Part shown: one piece after another, positions 14,081 to 24,963 of the stretch
How the letters are laid out: each line of letters opens with the position of its first letter
Position numbering within the stretch: position 1 is the first letter of the stretch
NCBI GenBank assembly: GCA_032718475.1
Contig: JAUCBJ010004633.1
Coordinates: 1-47,259, forward strand
Length of the DNA: 47,259 nt
Origin: Nemertoderma westbladi
Taxonomy: Eukaryota > Animalia > Xenacoelomorpha
Direction: 5' to 3'
Made by a program: the position numbers and the translations under genes
The notes under the pieces: model-generated
Databases searched by the model: none
The model's input: the letters and a program-made list of their open reading frames with translations, nothing else
Told to the model about the DNA's origin: nothing

Positions 14081-14506
14081 AGCCCGACTGGCCTGTGGCT
14101 TTAATCCCTGAATGTGTGGTGACAATGCAGCAGTAGGCTGGTAGGCATATCATCCTGTCATCTATCTGCCTATCAGCCTATAGCCTAACAGTATAACTCT
14201 GTAAATGTAACTGTCTGACTGTATTGCTGTACCGTACAGCCGTATTCATCACCGTTGACTACCGTATTCATCATTCATTACCGGTCTGCAGGTGTAGCGA
14301 CGTAGCGTCAGCGTGTAGGTAGGTACCGGTTGCGGTTGTAGGCCTAGGCCTATTCTGTTAATATAGAACTTGTCTGCTTGTTTATGGTTATAGCCTATAC
14401 GGTATCGGTATTTATAGTCTAGCCTAGGCCTAATATTGTGATATAAGACCGACATATGCAGATGCACATGAATAAATATATAGATGATTTAGTTTAGACA
14501 TATGGT

Positions 14507-14641
14507 ATGGCTACACCATTTCCTACGAGTTCTGGAGGGAAGGCTGATTTTATTGTTGGAGGAAAATACCGATTAGCCCGTAAAATCGGCGCTGGGTCGT
14601 TTGGAGACATATTTCTTGCTGTTAATATTACCAATGGAGAG
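14507..14641 (+). CDS. CSNK1A1: Casein kinase 1 alpha, coding exon 1
   Basis: [45 protein letters not shown], near-identical to the CK1a N-terminus/G-loop; donor GAG|GTTCGT, phase 0. Not in the ORF track. Confidence 0.95.
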
Positions 14642-16258
14642 GTTCGTATCGTACTAACTCATAAATCATTCAATATGCTGAGCTGATCTGTTAATGGGAT
14701 ACTGATACTGGGATGTGCCTATTTAATATCAAAAACGGTGCACCTTACCTTACACTTACAACGTTCGTGGGGCCTTCGCGCAGCAAGAGCAAGAGGCTCA
14801 GTTATGAGATACAAATTATATATTTCAGGCGCTGGCAGCTGGAGCCACCCAATTTTTTAAGAAGTATTAAAACTTACCTTACCAGTATTGATATTATACC
14901 GAAATATTAATTTACAAGAACGTCAACACCCCAACGAAATTATTGGGCTAATTATATGTTCTACCGTACGAATCTATGAATTATATATAAATAATCAGGA
15001 TTAAATAGTCAGCTAATCATTTTTCGTGATAAATATTAAGCAAGCTGTCTTATTAGTCTGGCTCATATAGATGTATAATTAGAATTACCCTTTCCCCGCA
15101 GGCTCGAGTAATGGTGAAGTGGGTTTGACTGGTTCCTCTTCCTATCTAGGCAATAGCCAATGGGGGGAGCTGGAAGTATAGGGTGTGGAGGGATCGGGCA
15201 TTTTATAAGTTAATTACGTTTAGATAAATTAAAAACACATTTCTGAAAGTAAATCACTTGAACTAATTAAAAACTATAATGGAATGGGGTATGGTGATTA
15301 CAGCTGTATAATTATGTATGTATATCTTATATTATAAAATAATTAATTTCCATTACCGGTAAAGGGCTGACAGAAAAATTCCATTTTCTACCGTAATCAA
15401 CTTAATTAACTAATTAACTGCTTTTTCTTACCTTCTCGTAGGCCACACGCATATTCAACATGGAAAATTTCTAAACTTTTGCCAAACAACATGTGTACTT
15501 ATTTAGGTTAGATTTCATTGAGATTTGGCCGAGATATTAACTTTTAAAATTGGACACAACAGAACAACAGACACTGATTCAGTTAGTGGTATCCGTATGC
15601 TAAGATTAAGCTCGCTTACTTTCGTGGCTCGTCCCCCAGCATATTGTGTTAATTGATTTATTACATGTGGGGAGTCAGTCAGGACACTTTGGGGTGGGGA
15701 TGAGTATATGAGCAGATGAGGCTAGACCAGAATGCTGGCAAAGCCAAAAGCCGATTACAATAATCTGATAATATTAATTTAGGTCCCACCATCACATGCA
15801 GACATGTGTGACGAGGGCATAGGCGTAGAGGGTAGGCCACATCTCAATATCTATCTGTCTGTATACTGTTCTGCTGTTGCTCTTCGATATGAAACTACCA
15901 CTCTGCATAGATATTTAAATAAATAAACAAATCTATAGAAAAATGCATTCATTAGCAATTAGCGCTAATTAAGAGTTAATTTAAGTGAATTGGTGAAAGT
16001 AACGATGCCAATCGATGTAAATCCATGAGAGGAAAACGCCAATTAACCATACCGGAACCAATACCATATTATATATTGTACCGTTAAAATTAACTATAAC
16101 ACCATAGCAGAGTAATTATATATATTGATGTTACAACATTTAAATTTTAAGGAATAAAACTTTTCTTTCATAGGTTTTATATTGCCCGATTTGGGTCACG
16201 TATTTTTATTGTATCATTCTCAATCTCCACGTACCGGTATATATTTCATTCTTTCCAG

Positions 16259-16368
16259 GAAGTTGCTGTTAAACTGGAATCAACGAAAGCCAGACATCCA
16301 CAACTACTATATGAAAGTAAACTTTATAAAATTTTACAAGGGGGTGTTGGAATTCCACATATACGTTG
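16259..16368 (+). CDS. CSNK1A1: Casein kinase 1 alpha, coding exon 2
   Basis: Acceptor CTTTCCAG; [36 protein letters not shown](W); donor GTGAGT, phase 2. Confidence 0.97.
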
Positions 16369-16967
16369 GTGAGTTGTTCTGTGCCTTAAATCTGCAAGAA
16401 ATCTTATAATTTCGTGAAAATCTTAATCGTAAATTTCTTGCTTTCGAGTTTTTGTAAGTAGATGCACCACACGACCATAACGTTTAGTTCATAACATCGT
16501 TCAGATGTTGTTGTTTCAAGATCTTTCAAGAAATAACTATTAGCCTTAGCCTAGCTAGACTGAGTATACAATATAATCACAGCTGCTTGTAACAAGTAAC
16601 TAATTTAATTTTTTTTTATTAATTTTTTTAATTTAAATGATTAATTTCTTAATTTTTGTTTTTGTTTTGAAACATATCCTATCTAATGCAGAATTTCATG
16701 CTGAATCCAAATCATGGGAAACCGTTTTCCCATATCTTGCTTAGTTTTCGAGATATCTGGGATAGAAGATACTGGCTCCGATATATCGCGTTTTCGGACG
16801 TTGCATTCAATTTCTGAAAATTTCTGTGCTCAGTGGTGCAAATTGGATCTCTCCACGTGAAAAAGCACAAAATTTTAATTGAGAAGATATTTTTTTATGA
16901 TTATTGGACCTACCGGTCAGTTTATAAGACAACTTCATGTCTCCGGAACAATGATGGGACTCGATTA

Positions 16968-17834
16968 AGCGACTCTGTGGTCTATCTGGGATTATACAGA
17001 ATAGACTTATCGGTCATCGGAGATCCTCAAAATGTATAATCTACAGTTCTAGTGGTCGTACGAAGTTCGTTTTGGGCTCATTCGAAAGCTCTTATCTCCC
17101 AAAGTTACCATTTTATTTGGCAAACTCTTGAAAGCTGCCTGAGCAATCATAACTTGAACAAAATTTGCAAGGCTTATTTTACCCAAATTCATGTTATCCA
17201 TTTCCATGTTCTACCATTCGGACTGAAACTTAGCCTAAATGTACATAAAGGACCTCATCTGTAATTCTTTAGTGTGTTGCTAGAAGGCGTAATGACTGAA
17301 ACTGAAACCCACCACTTAGAATTATTATTTTTACAAATTAATAATAAACATGACTTTTTAGAAACCGACTGACCATTACAAATGTAAGAAGCAAAGATTA
17401 ATAAAATTAAACACAGTTTTCTTCGGATATCTCAGAGAATATGAATAAAGTTGTGGTTTTTATATAAGAACTGTTTGTATTATATTTAAAAGCGCAGCTT
17501 ATTTTATTTCATTTGATTGGGTAATAAATAACCGCAGTTTGTTATTTTAATGGTTCCCGAAACTGTGGTTATGTCAAGTATAACCGGTGTTTAATTTTAT
17601 AACCTACGTTTTAAACCTAAGGTTAAATTTATAACCTCTGTTGCGTTTTTTCAGTGTAGCTTCACAACAATTTTATCTTAAATCAAATGGTAACTTTGTT
17701 CTCTGAGAAAAGAGCTTTCGAATGAAGCTCAAACGAACTTCGTACGACCACTAGAACTGGAGATTATACATTTTGAGGATCTCCGATGACCGATAAGTCT
17801 AACCGTGTAATCCCGCAAAGACCGCAGAGTCGCT
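16968..17834. repeat. ~145-bp inverted repeat pair (16968-17113 / 17686-17834) in CK1a intron 2, transposon-like
   Basis: AGACTTATCGGTCATCGGAGATCCTCAAAATGTATAATCT.CAGTTCTAGTGGTCGTACGAAGTTCGTTT is present on opposite strands. Confidence 0.9.
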
Positions 17835-18147
17835 GAAACCTGATCCTTTCCCTAAATTAAGAATTTAACATTGAGGTGGAATATTAATTCGCCAAGATGG
17901 GATTTTGCGCCCCCCCCCCCCCCCTGTCTCTAATATGGAGGGTCTTTTTAGCTGGTTTGGTAGGATAAGTTATTCTCTTTAGTACACCATGTTACCGCTG
18001 GTGAATACCTACCACTTCATCTGTTCGTTTAGAAGTATTTAACAGCCGGAAGTCCGGAATAAGTTTACCGAATATCGGAACCGCCGGTACAACCATATAG
18101 TGTATCCATATCCCGTTCCCAATATATACAAACAAACATGTTATTAG

Positions 18148-18370
18148 GTACGGCCAGGAGAAGGATTACAACGTGTTGGTGATGGACCTGCTGGGACCCT
18201 CCCTAGAAGATCTATTTAATTTCTGTTCCCGACGGTTCACAATGAAGACAGTGCTCATGTTGGCGGACCAGATGTTGGCGAGGATCGAGTACGTTCACAA
18301 CAAGAACTTTATTCACAGAGATGTCAAGCCAGATAACTTCCTCATGGGTATTGGGCGGCATTGTAACAAG
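18148..18370 (+). CDS. CSNK1A1: Casein kinase 1 alpha, coding exon 3
   Basis: Acceptor TTATTAG; [23 protein letters not shown]...[20 protein letters not shown]; donor GTAACT. Contains the CK1 signature [10 protein letters not shown] and the catalytic loop. Confidence 0.98.
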
Positions 18371-18771
18371 GTAACTAGATTACTCAGCTACCCTTCGGTA
18401 AACTAGATCAATTATTTACAGCACCGCATAGGTTTCCATTGTTTCTGATTTGTCATCCTTTTTTTGTGTTCCTAACTTGAAGAACTTCCTCCGGTACAAA
18501 TGAACTCAGTCTGCAGTTTATACTCGAGTTAACTTGTTTATCTTAGATACGTTTTCCTTACCTTCAGGGCTGTAATTGTGGCCGAAATTAAAACTGTCAC
18601 GTTAAATTATTAATAAATGTACTAAAATATTCGAATATATTTTTTGGGTTTGTAATAAATTTAATGCTTTGGAATATGAGAAAATGAGATTTGTTTTAGG
18701 AAGACCAATTTCTTATAAGTAACTCGTCATTCATCATTATTATATAACATTAAATTGAATTTTCGTCGCAG

Positions 18772-19065
18772 TTGTACCTGGTGGACTTCGGCCTTGCGAA
18801 GAAGTTTCGCGACACGCGAACAAATCAGCACATCAGTTACCGGGAGGACAAGAACCTGACGGGAACGGCCCGTTACGCCAGTATCAACGCCCATCTCGGT
18901 ATCGAGCAGAGCCGGAGAGACGACATGGAGTCCTTGGGCTACGTCCTCATGTACTTCAACCGGGGTAGCTTACCCTGGCAGGGCCTCAAGGCCGCGACCA
19001 AGAAGCAAAAGTACGAGAAAATATCGGAAAAGAAAATGTCAACGCCCGTAGAAGTTCTCGCTAAG
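18772..19065 (+). CDS. CSNK1A1: Casein kinase 1 alpha, coding exon 4
   Basis: Acceptor TCGTCGCAG; [11 protein letters not shown]...[23 protein letters not shown]...[32 protein letters not shown]; donor GTAAGT. Confidence 0.98.
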
Positions 19066-19183
19066 GTAAGTTCATCTGGTTGTATAATGTTTGTTGCGAA
19101 GCTTTGTAAAATAATAACAAAACATGGAGGGATTGTTTCAAATTTGTTTTAGCTGGAATATTTTAATCCTTTAGTTTATCATG

Positions 19184-19420
19184 GTAAAAGGTAAATTTTA
19201 TTCGTCCGTTCGGCCAGAGATTACGCAAAAAGACTGACTGTCGACTTATTTCCAGTCCCCCCCTGAACTATACTCCCCAGAGGAAACTGACACTCATTTC
19301 GCTACCATTTGAGGATGCAAGGAAGAGACGAAACGAAAACTGCCATGGCTCCCATGCGGGGGTCGAACCCACGACCTCTAGAGAGATGTGAATTCAAATT
19401 AAACGACTACGCCAAGGGAA
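19184..19420 (-). mobile_element. Well-preserved tRNA-derived SINE in CK1a intron 4
   Basis: Minus strand: A box TGGCGTAGTCG, B box GGTTCGACCC, ~170-nt body, tail AATAAAATTTACCTTTTACC. A diverged homologue spans 43260-46290. Confidence 0.8.
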
Positions 19421-19843
19421 TTGACGCTCTATTCGTATTATTTAATTATTTTAATAATTAATTATAATAATAAAATATATAAAATAAATTTTAATAATAT
19501 TTAATATCGTAACTCAAAAAGTTAACTCGGTTGTATATAATTGTAGAATTTATCATTTATCAAGCAGGACAACTTTATTTTACGAGTGAGAATTGTGTCC
19601 ATAGCGGGTAGGAAAGAATCCAGTAACGTCCATAACTGACACGTCATAGGAGTTACTCCCGTTACCGGTATACACGGTTCGCAGGTTGTCCATGACTATG
19701 TACCGATTACTTCTAGTTGTATGTTGGTAATCTGGCCAGTAGAACTAATTATATACCTACAGAGCCGTAACGATATTAATTATAAATTAAGTTACACAGT
19801 GTTTATGTTTAAATGTGATCTCGATTCCGAAAAACCGGGAAAC

Positions 19844-20045
19844 CGGTGTAACAGAGAATTTTCACTCCCCATGCAAAATCACTCCCCAGTTAAAATTTAC
19901 TGACAGTGTATTCTCACTTCCGGGGTGTATTTTCCCTAATGGATTTTTTAACCCCCTCCAGTGAAAACCGGGGAGTGAAAATACACTTGGTGAATTTTAC
20001 CCGGGGTGTGAAATTTTAGGGGGGTGGAAATTCTCTGCTACACCG
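19844..20045. mobile_element. ~200-bp MITE
   Basis: TIRs CGGTGTAACAGAGAATTTTCAC / GTGGAAATTCTCTGCTACACCG (20 of 22 match); internal CACTCCCC/GGGAGTG sub-repeats. Confidence 0.8.
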
Positions 20046-20325
20046 TCGGGCTATTCCGACTTTTTTTGGAACGGGATCCCGAAGTATAAATAGTGAAGTA
20101 AATAGGGTCCGAAAAGTCGAATCCCGTTTAACTTTAAACTCTAAATATGAATTATAGGAATTACAGCTAATACTACAGTAATGAAAGTGATTGCTTAAGA
20201 TTTAGTTTTTACTAAACAACGCCTTTCTTTTAATTAAACAAATATATATTTCAAAAATATTTCCATTTTCTAATAAGAATGTAATAATCGCTACTGTTTC
20301 GATACGCGTACATACCATGCCAAAT

Positions 20326-21057
20326 TTTTTATACTAGCTAGTTTTTTTTAATGTTATAGAACATATTGTCTATTCATTTTTTTATTAATTTTGTTCTAGA
20401 ATAAATAATTGTTGTTCTAGAAAATTTTAAATTTATTATATTTTTCGTTGTTGATCTTACTTTTTAAAAAAAATGTAAACGTATTATCTATTCATTTTTG
20501 TAAAAAGTTATGTTCTAGAACAAATATTTTTTGTTCCAGAACATTTTCAAAAATATGTTTTGTTACCATAACAACAATGTGATGTTGGACGAAGGAAAGT
20601 CGACACCCACAAACAGAAAAATAAATAAATTTTACAAGCTTTCTGCCTCAAATAGAGGCCTTCTTCAGGTATATATAAAGAGAAAAAGTAGATTACAGTC
20701 ACATACAGACAATGACGATGACTCATTGTCTGTATGTGACTGTAATCTACTTTTTCTCTTTATATATATTTTATTATATATTTATCTTTATATACCTGAA
20801 GAAGGCCTCTATTTCTTTGTCGACCTTCCTTCGTCCGACTTGTTAACCTTCCCCACACTACATAATGTCGTTTTTTCAGTCAACAATGTGATGTATTTTA
20901 TATTAAGAAATATTAAATAATGTATCGTGATATTGTGTTATTAAAAATGATCCAGAAGAATAAATATTTGTTCTAGAACAACTATTTTTTTAAAATAAAT
21001 ACATAACATATTCTAGAACATTTAAAAAAATAGTAGCAAAAACTAGCTAGTATAAAA
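20326..21057. mobile_element. AT-rich MITE-like element with GTTCTAGAA sub-terminal repeats, interrupted by a palindromic insert
   Basis: Ends TTTTATACTAGCTAGTTTTT / AAAAACTAGCTAGTATAAAA are perfect inverted repeats; multiple TTCTAGAA copies in both arms. Confidence 0.7.
20584..20839. mobile_element. Penelope-like element remnant: inverted pLTR-like arms carrying a minimal hammerhead-like motif
   Basis: Long palindrome around a 7-nt loop (20716-20722). Minus strand 20668-20636 reads CTGAAGA-AG-GCCTC-TATTT-GAGGC-A-GAAA-GCTT. Confidence 0.65.
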
Positions 21058-21209
21058 CATTTCGTACCAAATTCATACCTAATAATGTAGCACTTTATTT
21101 GATTGCAGGTCTTTGTCTCAACTGCAATCTTATACAAAGTGTTATAGATTATATGAACTAGAAGTAAGTTTTCTTCGTACTGAAAGATTTTTGTGTTCTC
21201 AACTTCCAG

Positions 21210-21411
21210 GGTTTTCCAGCTGAATTCGCGATGTACCTGAACTATTGCCGAGGACTTCGTTTCGAAGAGGCGCCCGACTACATGTACCTCCGGCAACTAT
21301 TCCGTATTCTGTTCCGCACTCTCAACCACCAATACGATTACACATTCGATTGGACCATGCTGAAACAGAAGGCCGCAGCTTCGCAAGGGTTGATCTCCAC
21401 ACCGACACCTG
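21210..21411 (+). CDS. CSNK1A1: Casein kinase 1 alpha, coding exon 5
   Basis: Acceptor CTTCCAG; [67 protein letters not shown](G); donor G|GTTAGT, phase 1. Confidence 0.96.
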
Positions 21412-21965
21412 GTTAGTTAGTTCGTTAGGTTAGTTAGTTAGTTCGTTAGGTTAGGTTTATTAGTTAGTACGTTAGGTTGGTTAGTTAGTACGTTAGGTTG
21501 GTTAGTTAGTTAGTTCGTTAGGTTAGGTTAGTTTGTTAGGTTAGTTTGTTAGTTAGTTCGTTAGGTTAGGTTTATTAGTTAGTACGTTAGGTTGGTTAGT
21601 TAGTACGTTAGGTTGGTTAGTTAGTTAGTTCGTTAGGTTAGTTAGCTAGTTCGTTAGGGTGGTTAGTTAGTTAGTTCGTTAGGTTAGGTTTGTTAGTTAG
21701 TTAGTTCGTTAGGTTAGTTAGTTAGTTCGTTAGGTTAGTTAGTTCGTTTGGTTGGTTAGTTAGTTAGTTCGTTAGGTTGGTTAGTTAGTTCGTTAGGTTG
21801 GTTAGTTGGTTAGGTTGGTTAGTTAGTTAGTTAGGTTTAGGTTGGTTAGTTAGTTAGTTCGTTAGGTTGGTTAGTTAGTTAGTTCGTTAGGTTGGTTAGT
21901 TATTTAGTTCGTTAGGTTGGTTAGTTAGTTAGTTAGTTAGATTGGTTAGTTAGTTCGTTTGGTTG

Positions 21966-22051
<86 letters not shown>

Positions 22052-22169
22052 GAGTTAGTTAGTTAGTTAGTTAGTTCGTTCGTTCGTTAGTTCGTTAGTT
22101 CGTTAGTTCGTTAGTTCGTTAGTTCGTTAGTTCGTTAGTTCGTTAGTTAGTTAGTTAGTTCGTTAGTTC

Positions 22170-22216
<47 letters not shown>

Positions 22217-22527
22217 CGTTCGTTCGTTCGTTCGTTCGTTCGTTCGTTCGTTCGTTCGTTCGTTAGTTAGTTAGTCAGTTAGTCAGTCAGTCAGTCAGTC
22301 AGTCAGTTAGTCAGTTAGTCAGTTAGTCAGTTAGTCAGTTAGTTAGTTAGTTAGTTAGTTAGTTGGTTAGTTAGTTGGTTAGTTATAGTTCGTTAGTTAG
22401 TTGGTTAGTTATAGTTCGTTAGGTTGGTTAGTTAGTTCGTTAGGTTGGTTAGTTAGTTAGTTAGGTTGGTTAGTTAGTTAGTTCGTTAGGTTGGTTAGTT
22501 AGTTGGTTAGTTAGTTGGTTAGTTAGT

Positions 22528-22558
<31 letters not shown>

Positions 22559-22987
22559 TTGGTTAGTTAGTTGGTTAGTTATAGTTCGTTAGGTTGGTTA
22601 GTTAGTTCGTTAGGTTGGTTCGTTAGGTTGGTTAGTTAGTTCGTTAGGTTGGTTAGTTAGTTAGTTCGTTAGGTTGGTTAGTTAGTTCGTTAGGTTGGTC
22701 AGTAAGTTAGTTAGGTTGGTTAGTTAGTTAGTTATAGTTCGTTAGGTTGGTTAGTTAGTTAGTTAGGTTGGTTAGTTAGTTCTTTAGTTTGGTTAGTTAG
22801 TTAGTTCGTTAGGTTGGTTAGTTAGTTTAGTTCGTTAGGTTGGTTAGTTAGTTCGTTCGGTTGGTTAGTTAGTTAGTTCGTTAGGTTGGTTAGTTAGTTA
22901 GTTCGTTAGGTTGGTTAGTTAGTTCGTTAGGTTAGTTAGTTAGTTTAGTTCGTTAGGTTTAGGTTGGTTAGTTAGTTTGTTAGGTAG

Positions 22988-23032
<45 letters not shown>

Positions 23033-23443
23033 GTTAGTTAGTTAGGTTAGTTAGTTAGTTCGTTAGGTTGGTTAGTTAGTTCGTTAGGTTAGTTAGTTAG
23101 TTTAGTTCGTTAGGTTTAGGTTGGTTAGTTAGTTCGTTAGGTTGGTTAGTTAGTTCGTTAGGTTGGTTAGTTAGTTAGTTCGTTAGGTTGGTTAGTTAGT
23201 TAGTTCGTTAGGTTGGTTAGTTAGTTCGTTAGGTTAGTTAGTTAGTTTAGTTCGTTAGGTTTAGGTTGGTTAGTTAGTTCGTTAGGTTGGTTAGTTAGTT
23301 AGTTTGTTAGGTTGGTTAGTTAGTTAGTTAGGTTAGTTAGTTAGGTTAGTTAGTTAGTTCGTTAGGTTGGTTAGTTAGTTCGTTAGGTTAGTTAGTTAGT
23401 TTAGTTCGTTAGGTTTAGGTTGGTTAGTTAGTTTGTTAGGTAG

Positions 23444-23488
<45 letters not shown>

Positions 23489-23906
23489 GTTAGTTAGTTA
23501 GGTTAGTTAGTTAGTTCGTTAGGTTGGTTAGTTAGTTCGTTAGGTTAGTTAGTTAGTTTAGTTCGTTAGGTTTAGGTTGGTTAGTTAGTTCGTTAGGTTG
23601 GTTAGTTAGTTCGTTAGGTTGGTTAGTTAGTTAGTTCGTTAGGTTGGTTAGTTAGTTAGTTCGTTAGGTTGGTTAGTTAGTTCGTTAGGTTAGTTAGTTA
23701 GTTTAGTTCGTTAGGTTTAGGTTGGTTAGTTAGTTCGTTAGGTTGGTTAGTTAGTTAGTTTGTTAGGTTGGTTAGTTAGTTAGTTAGGTTAGTTAGTTAG
23801 GTTAGTTAGTTAGTTCGTTAGGTTGGTTAGTTAGTTCGTTAGGTTAGTTAGTTAGTTTAGTTCGTTAGGTTTAGGTTGGTTAGTTAGTTCGTTAGGTTGG
23901 TTAGTT
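21411..23906. repeat. Compound (GTTA)n microsatellite with GTTC, GTTG, GGTTA and GTCA variants, ~2.5 kb
   Basis: Directly visible; begins at the exon-5 donor. Confidence 0.99.
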
Positions 23907-24864
23907 GTTTTGCTTCTGGTACCAGGGATGGCATAACGAAACGAAACAAATGGAATTTCAATTTCGTTTGTTTTTACTAATCGGATCAAAGTTTCGTTTC
24001 TAATTTTAAATTAGTTTTTAGTTTAGTATTTTTATTTTTTTTTTATGAAATAAAAGCCCACCCCTCGTAACCCAACGCCTTGATATTGTAGTATTATGTA
24101 GTAAAATATAGTATAAAACAGTATATACGTGAATTATATCAATGTGCTGAACGGCTGACTCCTCCCAACTTTTATAGACCATTGTACTGGCTGGTACCAT
24201 ACGTAACCCTATTTAGTCTACATCTAATAGCAATTAATTCACCAATATGATGCTAGGCATGTTTGTGAAGTTACTAATATTTTTTTCGCTTCCCAAATTC
24301 GGCCATCTACCTCAATTTCCTTTAAGTTTACTAGTTTGTTATAACATCCAGTCCCATTTTACGATCTCTGATTGCCGCTGCTCCCTTCCACCAAGCAAAT
24401 TTTACAAATCAAATATAATATTAGGGGTGTCCCCCCCGCAACGTATTTCACTATTAATCATGATAGCCGGCTGGATCGGATATCCTGCTGGATATTAAAC
24501 CTTATTAGACGAGAGAGGACCTTGCTCTTTGGTTTTGTTTGATTGCCAAATGATTTAATTCCATATAAATTTGTTACTATTTAGTATTTAACTGATGTTT
24601 ATTACTATTTTTCATTGAATATTAATTTTTAAATAATATTTTTAATTATTATTATTTGTATGTTAATGAATAATTTTCAACAACATATTTTTTATTTTTT
24701 TCAAAAAGATTAATCAAATATGTTTCCTCTTCCCGTCAATTATCTATAACAATAAATTAATAACAGATATACCGGATATCCGCAACATCCCTAAAAATGT
24801 AGTCATTATTAAAGGGGTGACTTCCGATTCTGAATCATTTCTTGTTTTTTTATGTTTTTACTAG

Positions 24865-24963
24865 GAGTTGCTGGACCTACACCAACGTCAGCGAGAGCTG
24901 ATAAGCATACGGGAACTGGGACTGCCGGTATTGGAGATAAAGCGAAGAGCAAAGGGAGTAAAG
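24865..24963 (+). CDS. CSNK1A1: Casein kinase 1 alpha, coding exon 6 (C-terminal tail)
   Basis: Polypyrimidine tract + CTAG acceptor; (G)VAGPTPTSARADKHTGTGTAGIGDKAKSKGSK(G); donor AAG|GTGAGT; phase 1-1, 99 nt. DKAKSKGSKG resembles the vertebrate tail DKTKSNMKG. Confidence 0.85.

Noticed and set aside
19340-19420. Functional tRNA gene
   Set aside because: A and B boxes are present, but I could not fold a proper cloverleaf, and it continues into a SINE body and tail.
21411-23906. Interstitial telomeric TTAGG repeat
   Set aside because: The dominant period is 4 bp (GTTA); TTAGG occurs only as a scattered variant and there are no TTAGGG runs.
24422-24792. hAT-like MITE with TAGGG(G/A)TGT ends
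   Set aside because: The terminal match is only ~10 bp and no 8-bp target duplication is visible; support is insufficient.
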